NCBI GenBank assembly: GCA_023659985.1
Contig: JAGXOH010000003.1
Location: 1-40,799 of the forward strand
DNA: 40,799 bases
Direction: 5' to 3'
From: Candidatus Falkowbacteria bacterium LH_S3
GTDB lineage: Bacteria > Patescibacteriota > Patescibacteriia > Patescibacteriales > JAGXOH01
Of this stretch, positions 38,408-40,799 are shown one piece after another; the first letter of the stretch is position 1; every line of letters begins with the position of its first letter. Both the position numbers and the translations under genes were made by a program. The notes under the pieces were generated by a model. It was given only the letters and a program-made list of their open reading frames with translations. It was not told the origin of the DNA and searched no databases.

Positions 38408-39472
38408 TTATTTGTTAACTCCCAAATAGATAATATTGGGATTTTCAAAATCTATCAATAGGGCTGAACCACTCCTGGAAGAGGGTAGTTCCTGAACTGA
38501 CCAATTATCTCCTCCATCAACCGAACCATAAAAAGTAGTATTTGTTACATAATAAATTTCATCAGAATTAAGAGGATTTACAGCAATAGAATTGATTGTT
38601 GTTTCCTTTTCCGGGGTTATCAATTCTATTCTCTCCCAATTATCACCGTTGTCAACAGATTTTAATAAACCGTAATCACTAGCCCAAAAAAGCAAACCCT
38701 TTTGAGCCTGAGAAACTAACAAATCTCTATATTCAACTCTATCATTAAATTCTTCCATATTGGCTTTTAAACTTGTCCAAGATTCTCCCTTGTCTGAAGA
38801 TCTAAAAAGGCCGCTATCTTCTGTGGCTAAAAATAATTCACGACTGTCAAAAGGATTAATATTTATCTCTTCCACACTACTATCAAACCTTCTTAGGGTC
38901 CTCCAACTTCTCCCCCTGTCTTCACTGACCAAAATCTCTCCCCTGCTTGTCCCAGCATACACCCGGGAATTATCATAATAATCAATAGCTAAAGTATTTA
39001 TTCTGGTTTTTACTTGATCATCAAAATAAACCCCGGCCCATGTTCGATTACAATCCGTGGTTTTATGAATCTTATTTTCTATGGAAGCATAAATTATACA
39101 TTTAGCCCCAGGATCAACAGCTATGGCGTCAACTTTTTTTTGAGGTAATTTATCTACTGAATTCCAGCCATCACTCACATTGTAACTATAAAATAAACCA
39201 TTGTCTTGAGTTCCGTAATATACAGCGTTATGATCGCTAGGATCCATAACCAAAACACTGGCGTTGGTATATTCAATGCTTTTCGATTTATCTCCCAAAG
39301 TCGGAACTTCAACCATCTGCTTCCAATTGTCTCCTTTGTTAGTGCTGACGAATACTCCTCCGTCATGTTCACTACCACCTCCTGTTTTAAATTTAATAAA
39401 ACCGCAACCAGTCAAAGTAAAAACTAAAAAAAATAACACCGAGCACAATATTAAAGATTTGATTTTTGACAT
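38408..39472 (-). CDS. Lipoprotein with BNR/Asp-box repeats (YCF48/sortilin-like beta-propeller)
   Basis: Lipobox LTGC and repeated S.D.G.xW motifs. Confidence 0.85.
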   Translation of the reverse strand: MSKIKSLILCSVLFFLVFTLTGCGFIKFKTGGGSEHDGGVFVSTNKGDNWKQMVEVPTLGDKSKSIEYTNASVLVMDPSDHNAVYYGTQDNGLFYSYNVSDGWNSVDKLPQKKVDAIAVDPGAKCIIYASIENKIHKTTDCNRTWAGVYFDDQVKTRINTLAIDYYDNSRVYAGTSRGEILVSEDRGRSWRTLRRFDSSVEEININPFDSRELFLATEDSGLFRSSDKGESWTSLKANMEEFNDRVEYRDLLVSQAQKGLLFWASDYGLLKSVDNGDNWERIELITPEKETTINSIAVNPLNSDEIYYVTNTTFYGSVDGGDNWSVQELPSSRSGSALLIDFENPNIIYLGVNK

Positions 39473-39487
39473 AAAAAATTTAATTAA

Positions 39488-40573
39488 TTAATTTATACTG
39501 CAAGCAACCCCTTCCAAAACAAGGCCAGGGTTAACATTGGATTGTATCTGTTTTTCTCCTTTATCTAATTTATTATTAATTCTCAAGAGGTAATCTAAAT
39601 CAATTCTTCTTGAAACTTCCTCTAATTCACTAAATAATACTTTGTATTGAACAAGATCTTTATTATTAGTTATCAAAAGCAATAAATCCCTAACCACTCC
39701 ATGCCAAACTTCTAATATACTGTCTGCCTCTTTTGCCGATTCTCCTGCAAATGATGAATTCCCAAATATTTTATTAATTTCAGCAAATCTGGAATTTAAA
39801 TCTTGATCAAAAAAACTGATAAAGACTTTGGCTTTAGCCAAATATTTCTCATAAAAATCCTTATCTTCCAACAATTTAACCGCTAAAGCCGGCCTACCCA
39901 ATGATAACCGAGATATATTGATGGCATCTGTCCTGGAGGTGTTGAAATAATTGACTAAATAATCATAAATAGAATCAGTTTTCACAGGATAAAAATTCAA
40001 AACTTGACTTCTAGAAACAATAGTTTCTGGAATAAATTCCAAATTGGAAGCAATCATTATAATAATAACTTTACGATTAGGCTCTTCTAAAATTTTAAGC
40101 AAAGCATTGGATGCTTCCAAGCTTAAAGTCTCAGCTTCTTTAATAATGCCTATTTTATAGGAATTAAGAAAAGAGCTTTTACTAAGGGCGCTTGTTAATT
40201 CTCTTATTTGCTCAATAGAAATATTCTTTTGACCTGAATCTTTTTTAATAATATGAAAATCTCCATGAACCACCTCAAACCCATCTTCTTCTCCTTCTTC
40301 TTGTTTATACTTAGAGCTAGTCTTCAATCTCTTCATTTGCCTGCAAGAACGGCATTCCTCACAAGGAACTTTATCACTGGCTTGATTATTTTTTTCACAC
40401 AAAATATTTTTAATAAAATAGTTTGCCAAAGTGTTTTTTCCCAGATTATTAGGCCCTAAGAAAACATAACTACCCCTTGGCTTATCTTTTTTTAAAACAC
40501 TGGAAAGATAATTAACTATGTGCTCATTTCCGATCAAAGGCCATCCTTGTTTTTTTGTGCTTGTTTGTTCCAT
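39488..40573 (-). CDS. holB: DNA polymerase III subunit delta'
   Basis: GP..LGK, zinc motif C..PCEECRSC, ISIEQIR, SNALLKILEEP and TIVSR. Confidence 0.93.
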   Translation of the reverse strand: MEQTSTKKQGWPLIGNEHIVNYLSSVLKKDKPRGSYVFLGPNNLGKNTLANYFIKNILCEKNNQASDKVPCEECRSCRQMKRLKTSSKYKQEEGEEDGFEVVHGDFHIIKKDSGQKNISIEQIRELTSALSKSSFLNSYKIGIIKEAETLSLEASNALLKILEEPNRKVIIIMIASNLEFIPETIVSRSQVLNFYPVKTDSIYDYLVNYFNTSRTDAINISRLSLGRPALAVKLLEDKDFYEKYLAKAKVFISFFDQDLNSRFAEINKIFGNSSFAGESAKEADSILEVWHGVVRDLLLLITNNKDLVQYKVLFSELEEVSRRIDLDYLLRINNKLDKGEKQIQSNVNPGLVLEGVACSIN

Positions 40574-40799
40574 ATATTGATATTACCACCTTTGGCCAAT
40601 AATATCAAACCAAAATAAGCCTAAAAAATTGATTTTTACCCATACTCTTGATATAATTACCAAGAATTTATAATGATTATCTTCTTGTTTTAAATTCTAT
40701 TTAGCATGTCAAATAGACTGAAAAAAATTGTTCTTTTAGCCGGAGATATTATTTTTTTATATGCATCTCTTTATATCGCTTTATTTCTTCGGTATCTGC

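Noticed and set aside
585-40459. Many short antisense or overlapping ORFs in the track
   Set aside because: They overlap well-supported genes and show no recognisable motifs.
40749-40799. 3' end of a minus-strand CDS at the window edge
   Set aside because: Only 16 codons are visible, so it cannot be identified.

Overview
AT-rich bacterial chromosome segment in standard code 11. The gene set, the type IV pilin and large surface-protein cluster, and the near absence of Shine-Dalgarno motifs suggest a Patescibacteria/CPR (Parcubacteria-like) genome; this is an inference. Housekeeping genes are cca, hpf, secA, rmuC, rpsT, murA, murI, uppS, rlmN, rseP, frr and holB, plus 7 tRNAs. A surface/pilus locus spans 15.4-24.8 kb, a G/C-skew and gene-orientation switch lies near 25 kb, and a decayed accessory island sits next to tRNA-Pro(CGG). 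Three things stand out. (1) A dispersed family of 7-nt-period repeats with short hairpins fills intergenic regions. One copy encloses a four-helix-bundle (Avd-like) gene, and two others are empty versions of that cassette with the same deletion junction. (2) A duplicated promoter-small structured RNA-terminator unit flanks an NYN nuclease gene; one duplicate has apparently captured a purD-like gene. (3) A tandem Csx3/Crn3-like protein occurs with no CRISPR or cas genes in the window. All calls come from reading the sequence by eye; no searches were run.
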